Shown: positions 1 through 10,849 of the stretch, piece by piece
Numbering within the stretch: position 1 is the stretch's first letter
Layout: every line of letters starts with the position of its first letter
Assembly (NCBI RefSeq): GCF_000195955.2
Contig: NC_000962.3
Location: forward strand, 1,680,001 to 1,712,000
Direction of reading: 5' to 3'
Origin: Mycobacterium tuberculosis H37Rv
GTDB taxonomy: Bacteria > Actinomycetota > Actinomycetes > Mycobacteriales > Mycobacteriaceae
Length of the DNA: 32,000 nt
Program-made: the position numbers and the translations under genes
Notes under the pieces: generated by a model
Seen by the model: only the letters and a program-made list of their open reading frames with translations
What the model was told of the DNA's origin: nothing
The model's database searches: none

Positions 1-629
1 GTACTGCGTTGGCCATCGGTCCGGGGACCGTCTCAGTATTGTTGCTCGCTGTGGTCGGGCGTCGCGATATCGCGGACCAGTTGTGTGCCCATATCCCGCA
101 TGGGATGGTCGAAAATCCGTGGGCGGTTGCAACGACACCGCAGCGAGTTCTCGATTACATATTCGGTCGTGTCGAGAGCCATGCAGATTACCACGATTGG
201 GTGTGCGAGCATGTGACCCCGTGGTTTAACCTCGACTGGATTACCTCTGCAAAGCTGGTGGCCGTGGTTGGCTTCCGCGCACTATTCGGTGCATTCCTCC
301 TCGGGTTGCTGTTCTTCGTTGCCACGACATCGATGATCCGCTATGTCTCCGCCGTGCCGGTCAGAACCTTCTTTGCCGAACTGCGCGGCAATCTGGCGTT
401 GCCGGTGCTGGCATCGGCATTGCTGGTTCCGCTGTTCATCACCGCTGTCGACTGGACTCGCTGGTGGGTGATGATCACACTCGACGTGGCCATTGTCTAC
501 ATCTTGTACGCGATCGACAGACCGGAGATCGAGCAACCGCCGTCGAGGAGAAACGTGCAGGTCTTCGTCTGCGTTGTGTTGGTGCTGGCGGTGATACCGA
601 CCGGGTCCGCCAACAACATCGGCAGATGA
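1..629 (+). CDS. 3' part of an integral membrane protein gene entering from the left edge (Rv1490-like)
   Basis: The frame is open from position 3 with no upstream stop in the window, and ends at TGA 627-629. The translation contains several hydrophobic helices (LFGAFLLGLLFFVATT, LALPVLASALLVPLFITAV, WWVMITLDVAIVYILYAI, VFVCVVLVLAVIPTG). Confidence 0.6.
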   Translation, partial: TALAIGPGTVSVLLLAVVGRRDIADQLCAHIPHGMVENPWAVATTPQRVLDYIFGRVESHADYHDWVCEHVTPWFNLDWITSAKLVAVVGFRALFGAFLLGLLFFVATTSMIRYVSAVPVRTFFAELRGNLALPVLASALLVPLFITAVDWTRWWVMITLDVAIVYILYAIDRPEIEQPPSRRNVQVFVCVVLVLAVIPTGSANNIGR

Positions 630-666
630 GGCACCCCGCGGGACCACCCGAAGGCGGGCATGGTGA

Positions 667-870
667 CGTAGGCCAACCGCCGCTGACATGCTTGGGACGG
701 TGATGCTGTTGCAGGCCTATTAGGGGTTGTCGGATCGGGAGCCTTGTGACCGGTTGGCCCTTGATCTGCGTTGGGAGGCCGCGGCGGGGTTGACGGTGCA
801 CGCGCCGTCGTTGCATCCCACGGTGTTGGTCGGGATGCGTAACCGGCTGCGGGCTTCGGATCCGACGTGT
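667..870 (+). mobile_element. Remnant of an IS transposase N-terminal domain (InsH/DUF772-type, IS5/IS1182-like), interrupted by an in-frame TAG
   Basis: Frame-1 translation reads ADMLGTVMLLQAY*GLSDREPCDRLALDLRWEAAAGLTVHAPSLHPTVLVGMRNRLRASDP. This fits the family pattern vLQ..eGLSDRe....l..dlrW..a.GL......fHpTvL...R.RL. The stop is at 721-723. No DDE catalytic portion follows. Confidence 0.45.
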
Positions 871-1207
871 TGGTGGATGCACCATTTTCAAATGCCGTCG
901 CGGGTCGAAACTTGGGTGCCGTCGAAGAATAACCCCACCAAAGGCCCTACATCAGCGCCGTCCTACGTTCGTGTGTCGGACAATCCTTAGTGCCGATGCC
1001 GGATATTCGGGCACTAACGGAAAAGACGTCCTCCGCGTAGAGGCTCCGTTGTTCGAGGCCCAGTTACAGGGGCAAGGTCAGTGGCCGTGACCTCTGCTTC
1101 CCGACACGAGAATGCTGGCCGACCGAACGTAGCGCGGTGCGTTGACGGCATCGAGCTGCCACGCCAAATTTGCACGCGCTGATGCGCTGACCCCGACCGA
1201 AGGTTTA

Positions 1208-1966
1208 TCAAATGAGAGCCGGCTCGCGCACAGGGTCGTCGTAACCCGGCATGCGTCGGTGCTGCCGTCGATAATTGCGGATCTCATAGACGAGCCCAGT
1301 CAGACCTAGCGCGCCCGTGCATACCGACACCAGGATCAGCAGCGGGCTACCGCTACCGGCGAACGCGTCGCCCAGGATGACCACCGCCGCGGTGCCGGGG
1401 AGCAAGCCTGCCAAGGTCGCCCAGGCGAAGGACAGGATCCGCACGCCCGAGGCGCCGGCGGCATAGTTGATCGCCGCGAACGGGACGACGGGAATGAGCC
1501 GCAGCGACAAGATGGCCAGCCAGCCTCGCTCACGCAGACGCTCGTCCAGCCGGTTGATCGCTCGGCGGCGCACCAGACTGTTCAGCTGCCAGCCGGTGGC
1601 ACGCACCAGCAGCATCGCGATTACCGCGCTAGCGGTGCTGCCGACCACCGCGATGAATACGCCCACCACAGAGCCGAACAACAGCCCGGCGGCCAACGTG
1701 AACGCGGTGCGGGGGAATGGCGGCACCGTGACGACGGTATGCACCAGCAAAAATGCCAGCGGGAACCACGCGCCCAGTGACTTGGCCCAGTCGCGCAATT
1801 CCACCGCAGTGGGCACCGGAACCAGCAGCGCGACCACTACCAGTACTGTGATTCCCACCACTGTTCCCACGATGCGCGGCAGCGACGCCTGACGCGCGAC
1901 CGCGCCGAGCGAGGTGGCGATACCGTGCACGGTTTCGGTGGTGTTGCAGATGGCGGGAGCCGTCAC
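1208..1966 (-). CDS. TVP38/TMEM64 (DedA-related, SNARE-associated) family membrane protein
   Basis: 252-aa ORF with multiple TM helices and a family-like core (VPPFPRTAFTLAAGLLFG ... LRLIPVVPFAAINYAAGASGV). Transcribed divergently from mutA. Confidence 0.8.
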   Translation of the reverse strand: MTAPAICNTTETVHGIATSLGAVARQASLPRIVGTVVGITVLVVVALLVPVPTAVELRDWAKSLGAWFPLAFLLVHTVVTVPPFPRTAFTLAAGLLFGSVVGVFIAVVGSTASAVIAMLLVRATGWQLNSLVRRRAINRLDERLRERGWLAILSLRLIPVVPFAAINYAAGASGVRILSFAWATLAGLLPGTAAVVILGDAFAGSGSPLLILVSVCTGALGLTGLVYEIRNYRRQHRRMPGYDDPVREPALI

Positions 1967-2156
1967 GTCTTCGGAGCGTACGGGGTCAACATGAATAACT
2001 CGTTTCCCCAGGCTGGCGTTTCGTCACACTCCGGCCGCGATTGCCGCACCTGGGCGTCTATATGGGCGTCCCGATCAACTAGCCTTATTAGTTAAGTGAC
2101 AATCCCGAAGCAAGCCCAAGCAACATCGCTAATTGCTGGGAAAACAGGAGCAGTCG

Positions 2157-4004
2157 GTGTCCATTGATGTACCCGAGCGTGCCGACCTAGAACAGGTTCG
2201 CGGGCGCTGGCGCAACGCGGTTGCCGGTGTGCTGTCCAAGAGCAACCGTACCGACTCAGCACAACTCGGCGATCACCCCGAGCGGCTGCTGGATACCCAG
2301 ACCGCTGACGGGTTCGCCATCCGGGCCCTCTACACCGCGTTCGACGAGCTCCCGGAGCCGCCGTTGCCGGGCCAGTGGCCCTTTGTGCGCGGCGGAGACC
2401 CGCTGCGCGACGTGCATTCCGGCTGGAAGGTCGCCGAGGCGTTTCCCGCCAACGGTGCGACGGCCGACACCAACGCGGCGGTGCTGGCCGCGCTCGGCGA
2501 GGGGGTCAGCGCGCTGCTGATCCGGGTGGGGGAGTCGGGTGTGGCGCCTGACCGGCTCACGGCGCTGCTGTCCGGGGTGTATCTGAACCTGGCGCCGGTC
2601 ATCCTCGACGCCGGCGCCGACTACCGCCCGGCCTGCGACGTCATGCTGGCGCTGGTCGCCCAGCTCGATCCCGGCCAGCGCGACACCCTGTCGATCGACC
2701 TGGGCGCCGACCCGCTGACGGCGTCGCTGCGCGATCGTCCCGCCCCGCCGATCGAGGAGGTCGTCGCGGTCGCATCCCGGGCGGCCGGCGAACGTGGGCT
2801 TCGTGCGATCACCGTCGACGGACCGGCCTTCCACAACCTGGGCGCGACCGCGGCCACCGAACTCGCGGCCACCGTCGCGGCCGCGGTGGCCTACCTGCGG
2901 GTGCTCACCGAATCCGGGCTCGTGGTGAGTGACGCGCTGCGGCAGATCAGCTTCCGGCTCGCCGCCGACGACGACCAGTTCATGACGCTGGCCAAGATGC
3001 GGGCTCTACGTCAACTGTGGGCGCGGGTCGCCGAGGTCGTGGGCGACCCGGGTGGCGGCGCGGCCGTCGTGCACGCGGAGACGTCGCTACCGATGATGAC
3101 CCAGCGTGATCCGTGGGTGAACATGCTGCGCTGCACGCTGGCGGCCTTCGGCGCCGGTGTCGGTGGCGCGGACACCGTGCTGGTGCACCCGTTCGACGTG
3201 GCGATTCCCGGCGGCTTTCCCGGCACGGCGGCCGGCTTTGCGCGCCGGATCGCTCGCAACACCCAACTGCTGCTTTTAGAAGAGTCGCATGTCGGCAGGG
3301 TGCTCGATCCCGCCGGCGGGTCGTGGTTCGTCGAAGAGCTCACCGACCGGCTGGCTCGGCGCGCCTGGCAGCGTTTCCAGGCCATCGAGGCCCGTGGCGG
3401 CTTCGTCGAGGCCCACGACTTCCTGGCCGGCCAGATCGCCGAGTGCGCCGCCCGCCGCGCCGACGACATCGCCCATCGGCGCCTGGCGATCACCGGCGTC
3501 AACGAATACCCGAACCTGGGCGAACCCGCGCTGCCGCCCGGTGATCCGACATCGCCGGTGCGCCGCTACGCTGCCGGATTCGAAGCATTGCGCGATCGAT
3601 CCGATCACCACCTAGCCCGCACTGGCGCACGGCCGCGGGTGCTGTTGCTGCCGTTGGGTCCGCTGGCCGAGCACAACATCCGGACGACCTTCGCCACCAA
3701 CCTGCTGGCGTCCGGCGGCATCGAGGCGATCGACCCGGGAACGGTTGATGCGGGCACCGTCGGGAATGCCGTTGCCGATGCCGGTTCGCCCAGCGTTGCC
3801 GTGATCTGCGGCACCGATGCGCGCTACCGGGACGAGGTTGCCGACATTGTGCAAGCGGCCCGAGCCGCCGGTGTTTCGAGGGTGTACCTCGCGGGTCCCG
3901 AGAAGGCGTTGGGAGATGCCGCACACCGGCCCGACGAGTTTTTGACCGCGAAAATCAATGTGGTGCAAGCCTTGTCGAATCTGCTGACGCGGTTGGGGGC
4001 CTAG
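2157..4004 (+). CDS. mutA: Methylmalonyl-CoA mutase small (beta) subunit
   Basis: Translation looks colinear with MCM small subunits. GTG at 2157 lies 6 nt after AGGAG (2146-2150). The longest ORF begins at TTG 2133. Stop TAG 4002-4004 directly abuts the mutB ATG. Confidence 0.9.
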   Translation: MSIDVPERADLEQVRGRWRNAVAGVLSKSNRTDSAQLGDHPERLLDTQTADGFAIRALYTAFDELPEPPLPGQWPFVRGGDPLRDVHSGWKVAEAFPANGATADTNAAVLAALGEGVSALLIRVGESGVAPDRLTALLSGVYLNLAPVILDAGADYRPACDVMLALVAQLDPGQRDTLSIDLGADPLTASLRDRPAPPIEEVVAVASRAAGERGLRAITVDGPAFHNLGATAATELAATVAAAVAYLRVLTESGLVVSDALRQISFRLAADDDQFMTLAKMRALRQLWARVAEVVGDPGGGAAVVHAETSLPMMTQRDPWVNMLRCTLAAFGAGVGGADTVLVHPFDVAIPGGFPGTAAGFARRIARNTQLLLLEESHVGRVLDPAGGSWFVEELTDRLARRAWQRFQAIEARGGFVEAHDFLAGQIAECAARRADDIAHRRLAITGVNEYPNLGEPALPPGDPTSPVRRYAAGFEALRDRSDHHLARTGARPRVLLLPLGPLAEHNIRTTFATNLLASGGIEAIDPGTVDAGTVGNAVADAGSPSVAVICGTDARYRDEVADIVQAARAAGVSRVYLAGPEKALGDAAHRPDEFLTAKINVVQALSNLLTRLGA

Positions 4005-6257
<2,253 letters not shown>

Positions 6258-6270
6258 CGAGAGGCCCGCG

Positions 6271-6573
6271 GTGCCGTTTCTGGTTGCATTATCCGGTATC
6301 ATCTCGGGCGTGCGTGATCATTCGATGACCGTGCGGCTCGACCAGCAAACTCGCCAGCGCCTGCAAGACATTGTGAAAGGCGGATACCGGAGCGCTAATG
6401 CGGCGATCGTCGACGCCATCAACAAGCGCTGGGAGGCGCTACACGATGAGCAACTCGACGCCGCCTACGCGGCCGCGATCCATGACAATCCGGCGTACCC
6501 GTACGAGTCTGAGGCCGAACGGAGCGCCGCGCGGGCCCGGCGCAACGCCAGGCAGCAGCGCTCGGCACAGTGA
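6271..6573 (+). CDS. mazE4: MazE-type antitoxin
   Basis: Small ORF ending in GTGA, a 4-nt overlap with the MazF/PemK toxin start. It has an acidic/Ala-rich C-terminal tail. The start is uncertain: GTG 6271, or ATG 6325 which would give MTVRLDQQTRQRL. Confidence 0.7.
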   Translation: MPFLVALSGIISGVRDHSMTVRLDQQTRQRLQDIVKGGYRSANAAIVDAINKRWEALHDEQLDAAYAAAIHDNPAYPYESEAERSAARARRNARQQRSAQ

Positions 6574-6887
6574 ACGCGCCGTTGCGTGGTCAGGTCTATC
6601 GATGCGACCTCGGATACGGGGCCAAACCGTGGCTCATCGTCTCCAACAACGCCCGCAACCGTCACACCGCCGACGTGGTGGCTGTGCGCCTGACAACAAC
6701 GCGGAGAACCATACCGACCTGGGTCGCCATGGGCCCCAGCGATCCATTGACCGGATACGTCAACGCGGACAACATCGAGACCCTCGGCAAAGACGAGCTC
6801 GGTGACTACCTCGGTGAGGTCACGCCGGCGACGATGAACAAAATCAACACGGCGCTCGCGACCGCGCTGGGGCTACCGTGGCCATGA
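6570..6887 (+). CDS. mazF4: MazF/PemK-family endoribonuclease toxin
   Basis: 105 aa. RGQVYRCDLGYGAKPWLIVSNNARN ... VVAVRLTTT is the typical PemK/MazF N-terminal SH3-like barrel signature. Overlaps the antitoxin stop and the meaB start. Confidence 0.85.
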   Translation: MNAPLRGQVYRCDLGYGAKPWLIVSNNARNRHTADVVAVRLTTTRRTIPTWVAMGPSDPLTGYVNADNIETLGKDELGDYLGEVTPATMNKINTALATALGLPWP

Positions 6888-7888
6888 TGGCCGCATCCCA
6901 CGACGACGACACCGTCGACGGGTTGGCGACGGCCGTGCGCGGCGGTGACCGTGCGGCGCTGCCACGGGCCATCACACTGGTCGAGTCGACCCGCCCCGAC
7001 CATCGTGAGCAGGCGCAACAGCTGCTGCTGCGATTGCTGCCGGACTCCGGGAACGCCCATCGCGTCGGCATCACCGGGGTCCCGGGGGTGGGCAAGTCGA
7101 CTGCCATCGAGGCGCTGGGCATGCATCTGATCGAGCGCGGGCATCGGGTGGCGGTGCTGGCGGTCGACCCGTCGTCGACCCGCACGGGTGGATCGATTCT
7201 TGGTGATAAAACCCGGATGGCGCGGCTGGCGGTGCACCCGAACGCCTACATCCGGCCGTCCCCGACGTCGGGAACGCTGGGTGGGGTGACGAGGGCCACC
7301 CGGGAAACGGTGGTGCTGTTGGAGGCGGCCGGTTTTGATGTGATCCTGATCGAAACCGTCGGGGTGGGCCAGTCCGAGGTCGCGGTGGCCAACATGGTCG
7401 ACACGTTCGTGTTGCTGACCTTGGCCCGCACCGGTGATCAGTTGCAGGGCATCAAGAAGGGCGTGCTGGAGCTCGCCGACATCGTGGTGGTGAACAAGGC
7501 CGACGGGGAGCACCACAAAGAGGCCCGGCTGGCCGCCCGGGAGCTGTCGGCGGCGATCAGATTGATCTATCCTCGCGAAGCACTGTGGCGCCCACCGGTG
7601 CTCACCATGAGCGCGGTGGAGGGCAGGGGACTGGCCGAGCTGTGGGACACCGTCGAGCGTCATCGCCAGGTGCTCACCGGGGCCGGCGAATTCGACGCCC
7701 GTCGGCGCGATCAGCAGGTCGACTGGACCTGGCAGCTGGTTCGCGACGCCGTCCTGGATCGGGTGTGGTCCAATCCGACGGTGCGCAAGGTCCGCTCCGA
7801 GCTCGAGCGTCGGGTCCGCGCCGGCGAACTGACCCCGGCCCTGGCGGCTCAGCAAATACTGGAGATAGCTAACCTAACGGATAGGTAA
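6884..7888 (+). CDS. meaB: Methylmalonyl-CoA mutase-associated G-protein chaperone (MeaB/ArgK family GTPase)
   Basis: Walker A motif GVPGVGKST, switch region IETVGVGQSE, and NKxD motif VVNKADG. ATG 6884 overlaps the mazF stop (ATGA). Confidence 0.9.
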   Translation: MMAASHDDDTVDGLATAVRGGDRAALPRAITLVESTRPDHREQAQQLLLRLLPDSGNAHRVGITGVPGVGKSTAIEALGMHLIERGHRVAVLAVDPSSTRTGGSILGDKTRMARLAVHPNAYIRPSPTSGTLGGVTRATRETVVLLEAAGFDVILIETVGVGQSEVAVANMVDTFVLLTLARTGDQLQGIKKGVLELADIVVVNKADGEHHKEARLAARELSAAIRLIYPREALWRPPVLTMSAVEGRGLAELWDTVERHRQVLTGAGEFDARRRDQQVDWTWQLVRDAVLDRVWSNPTVRKVRSELERRVRAGELTPALAAQQILEIANLTDR

Positions 7889-7940
7889 ATAAATCCGTGT
7901 TTGCCGATGGTCGCTGCGAAATCCACGTAAGTTCGACCGT

Positions 7941-9230
7941 GTGATGGTTGACACCGGAGTCGATCACCGCGCGGTTTCGTCCCACGACGGACCGGACGCG
8001 GGCCGGCGGGTGTTTGGTGCGGCGGACCCACGCTTTGCGTGCGTCGTTCGAGCCTTTGCCAGCATGTTTCCGGGGCGCCGGTTCGGTGGCGGAGCGCTGG
8101 CGGTGTATCTCGACGGGCAGCCGGTCGTCGACGTGTGGAAGGGGTGGGCTGATCGGGCCGGATGGGTGCCGTGGTCGGCGGATTCCGCGCCGATGGTGTT
8201 CTCGGCGACCAAGGGCATGACGGCCACGGTCATCCACCGGCTGGCCGACCGGGGGCTGATCGACTACGAAGCTCCCGTTGCCGAGTATTGGCCGGCGTTT
8301 GGCGCCAACGGCAAGGCAACCCTGACGGTTCGTGACGTGATGCGACACCAGGCCGGCCTGTCCGGATTGCGTGGCGCGACGCAGCAAGACTTGCTGGATC
8401 ACGTCGTGATGGAAGAGCGGCTGGCGGCGGCGGTGCCCGGGCGGCTGCTGGGCAAATCCGCCTACCACGCGCTGACGTTCGGTTGGTTGATGTCGGGCCT
8501 GGCCAGGGCCGTCACCGGAAAGGACATGCGCCTGCTGTTCCGCGAGGAACTTGCCGAGCCGTTGGACACCGACGGCTTGCACCTGGGTCGGCCGCCGGCC
8601 GACGCGCCGACGCGGGTCGCCGAGATCATCATGCCGCAAGATATTGCCGCCAATGCGGTGCTGACCTGTGCGATGCGCCGGCTCGCCCATCGGTTCTCCG
8701 GCGGATTTCGCTCCATGTATTTTCCCGGCGCCATCGCGGCCGTGCAGGGCGAGGCGCCGTTGCTGGACGCCGAGATACCCGCGGCCAACGGGGTGGCGAC
8801 GGCGCGAGCGCTGGCGCGGATGTACGGCGCAATCGCCAACGGCGGCGAGATCGACGGCATACGGTTCTTGTCGCGGGAGCTGGTCACGGGCCTGACCCGC
8901 AACCGACGGCAAGTTCTGCCGGATCGAAATCTATTGGTGCCCTTAAATTTTCATCTTGGCTATCACGGTATGCCGATCGGCAACGTGATGCCGGGGTTTG
9001 GTCATGTGGGCTTGGGCGGCTCGATCGGCTGGACAGACCCGGAGACCGGGGTGGCGTTCGCGCTGGTGCACAACCGGCTGCTGTCACCGTTGGTGATGAC
9101 CGATCACGCAGGCTTTGTCGGCATCTACCACCTGATCCGGCAGGCCGCCGCCCAGGCGCGCAAGCGTGGTTACCAGCCGGTGACGCCATTCGGGGCGCCG
9201 TACTCGGAGCCGGGAGCCGCGGCGGGCTAA
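7941..9230 (+). CDS. lipL: Esterase/lipase of the class C beta-lactamase / penicillin-binding-protein fold
   Basis: 429 aa. The S-x-x-K nucleophile motif (FSATKGMTA) sits near residue 90. Family-typical HQAGLSG and GHVGLGGSIGWTDPE segments are present. Confidence 0.85.
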   Translation: MMVDTGVDHRAVSSHDGPDAGRRVFGAADPRFACVVRAFASMFPGRRFGGGALAVYLDGQPVVDVWKGWADRAGWVPWSADSAPMVFSATKGMTATVIHRLADRGLIDYEAPVAEYWPAFGANGKATLTVRDVMRHQAGLSGLRGATQQDLLDHVVMEERLAAAVPGRLLGKSAYHALTFGWLMSGLARAVTGKDMRLLFREELAEPLDTDGLHLGRPPADAPTRVAEIIMPQDIAANAVLTCAMRRLAHRFSGGFRSMYFPGAIAAVQGEAPLLDAEIPAANGVATARALARMYGAIANGGEIDGIRFLSRELVTGLTRNRRQVLPDRNLLVPLNFHLGYHGMPIGNVMPGFGHVGLGGSIGWTDPETGVAFALVHNRLLSPLVMTDHAGFVGIYHLIRQAAAQARKRGYQPVTPFGAPYSEPGAAAG

Positions 9231-9302
9231 TCTGCCCGCCTAATCGGCCTGCCGGCAGCGGCGCTCGGCGCCACGGTGTCGCGATGCTTCCCGGATGCCG
9301 AC

Positions 9303-9920
9303 CTAGCTCGCGGTTTTGGTCGCGATGACGATGTCCTGGAAGCTTAGGCGTGGTTCCCGGCCACTCCATGAGCCGTAGTGCAATGGTTCGTGCACGGCGA
9401 GGCCGAACTTGCCATAGACATCCCTGACGAAGGTCTCCGGCAAGCCGATTGCTTCTTCGGGCCGCTTCTTGTGGATTGTCCGATAACCCGGTCCCTCATG
9501 CTGGAAGTTGTGCGCACTCTTTCCTTCCGCGATGTGGGCTAACGACTCGTCATTGAGCAAGAAGTACGTGCACAGGCATCGTCCGCCGGGCTTCAGCACG
9601 CGGGAGATCTCGTCCAGATAGTGCTCCACGTCCGGCGGAAACATGTGGGTGAACACCGAGGTAAGAAACACCACATCGAACGACGCATCCGGATATGGAA
9701 AGCGAAAGTCTAGTGACTGGTATTTCCCTTTCGGGTTGTACAGCGAGTTGTAGATGTCGGAGACCTCGAACTGGAAGTTGGGGTGCGCCGAGGTGATGTG
9801 CTCCTGGCACCACGCGATGGCTTTCTGCGAGATATCGAAGCCGGCGTAGCGTCCCTCGCTGTTCAGATAGCCGGTGAGCGGCAACGCCATCCGCCCCGAG
9901 CCGCAGCCGACGTCGAGCAC
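9303..9920 (-). CDS. Class I SAM-dependent methyltransferase. Coordinates run from the first canonical start; the frame stays open and homologous-looking up to 10112.
   Basis: Motif I (V)LDVGCGSG lies at the very N-terminus of the GTG-started ORF. Motif II region [12 protein letters not shown] and post-II LKPGG are also present. See the finding on the 64-codon upstream extension. Confidence 0.8.
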
Positions 9921-10133
9921 CGCTTCGTCCGGCTGCAGCCCACACAGGTCGACCAGATACCCGACGAATTCAGCACCGACTTCCTTGTAGGCGCCGCCGA
10001 CGAATTGTCGCAGGGATTTTGGAGGCAGCGCCTCGGCGGAGCCACCGTCGGCTGAACCGCGTTTCGAGCGCGTCAGGATGTTCTGGAAAAGTCGCTTAAT
10101 GATGCACCTCAGTTATCGGCCGCGCTTGAAGGT

Positions 10134-10346
10134 TCAGGAATCCTCCAGGCGGAAGCCGACTTTCATAGTCACCTGGAAGTGCGCGACCGCTCCGTCGACC
10201 AGGTGGCCTCGAATTGACTGTACTTCGAACCAGTCCAGCGCGCGCATGGTCTGCGCAGCTCGGGCCAGACCGCCCTGGATTGCCGCGTCGACGCCGTCGG
10301 GCGAGGTCCCGACGATCTCGATCACTCGGTAGGTGTGATTGCTCAT
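10134..10346 (-). CDS. Dodecin (small flavin-binding/storage protein)
   Basis: 70 aa. MSNHTYRVIEIVGTSPDGVDAAIQGGLARAAQTMRALDWFEVQSIRGHLVDG matches the dodecin family signature (Y..IE..GtS..s...Ai..a...A..t.r....fEV...RG). GAGGGGA Shine-Dalgarno lies upstream of the ATG. Confidence 0.85.
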   Translation of the reverse strand: MSNHTYRVIEIVGTSPDGVDAAIQGGLARAAQTMRALDWFEVQSIRGHLVDGAVAHFQVTMKVGFRLEDS

Positions 10347-10355
10347 CGTGTCCCC

Positions 10356-10658
10356 TCACATTCTTTTACCCGCTCTTACCGGCCAGCGGCACACCAGAAT
10401 AGTCCGGTGCCATCGGGGGAGCCCTCTACGGCCGGTCACTTTGAGCACTTGCCGCGCGGCAGCTTCGGCCGGATTCTCTCCGTCCTCAATGCCGCTGCCG
10501 ACCATCATCCACGTGAGTTGCTCGTCGTCGGGATTGCGACCTTCGACCAGAAGCGCCCGGCGGTGGGGGTCGATGAGCACGACCCGGGTGGTGCGGCGAC
10601 GCCGGCGGTGGTCATCAACTACGAGAGCCGGTCGTCGGCTGGCGGCACCATCGGCCAT
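10356..10658 (-). pseudogene. Degenerate/truncated Nudix-fold ORF immediately upstream of dodecin
   Basis: Translation [52 protein letters not shown] aligns to the Nudix box (GGKIEMGETPEQAVVRELQEEVG in MutT), but the box G and the catalytic RE..EE glutamates are replaced (RQVLKV). Third-position GC is high in the core. Only 100 codons. Stop lies 7 nt before the dodecin ATG. Confidence 0.4.
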
Positions 10659-10849
10659 TCAACAACGTCACAGGTAGCGTGCTGTTTGTATCAGCAGCCG
10701 AAACGCCCAGCGCTCCGGCCGACCAAGGCGGCAGCGACGACCGCAGCGACAACCTGGATCGAACGAGTCCAAAACCGCCGCGGACGCCACTCGGCCCTCG
10801 TATGATCCCGAGGAGATACCCTACGGGGTGGATTGGGGATGGATCGGCG

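Noticed and set aside
987-1017. 8-bp perfect inverted repeat ttagtgcc / ggcactaa with a 15-nt spacer, considered as a terminator or IS terminal repeat
   Set aside because: The stem is short, there is no U-tract, no second copy elsewhere in the window, and the loop is too large for a convincing intrinsic terminator.
1967-2156. Possible cobalamin riboswitch upstream of the B12-dependent mutase operon
   Set aside because: I found no B12-box-like conserved core or the required multi-stem architecture. The 190-nt spacer also has to hold two divergent promoters. It looks like an ordinary promoter region.
6806-7855. 349-aa minus-strand ORF
   Set aside because: It is antisense to meaB, which has clear GTPase motifs. 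It has no motifs of its own and shows the Arg/Pro/Gly-rich shadow-frame composition.
7869-8912. 347-aa minus-strand ORF
   Set aside because: It is antisense to lipL (SxxK esterase) and has shadow-ORF composition.
9249-9258. 10-bp palindrome ctgccggcag between the convergent lipL and methyltransferase genes
   Set aside because: It is too short, has no loop, and is expected by chance in GC-rich DNA. It is not a supportable terminator call.
10335-10805. 156-aa plus-strand ORF (Rv1499-like), the longest ORF between dodecin and the GT2 gene
   Set aside because: I did not list it as a feature. It has no recognisable motif, and the opposite strand shows a Nudix-box-like stretch in operon geometry with dodecin. 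I cannot exclude it without expression data.
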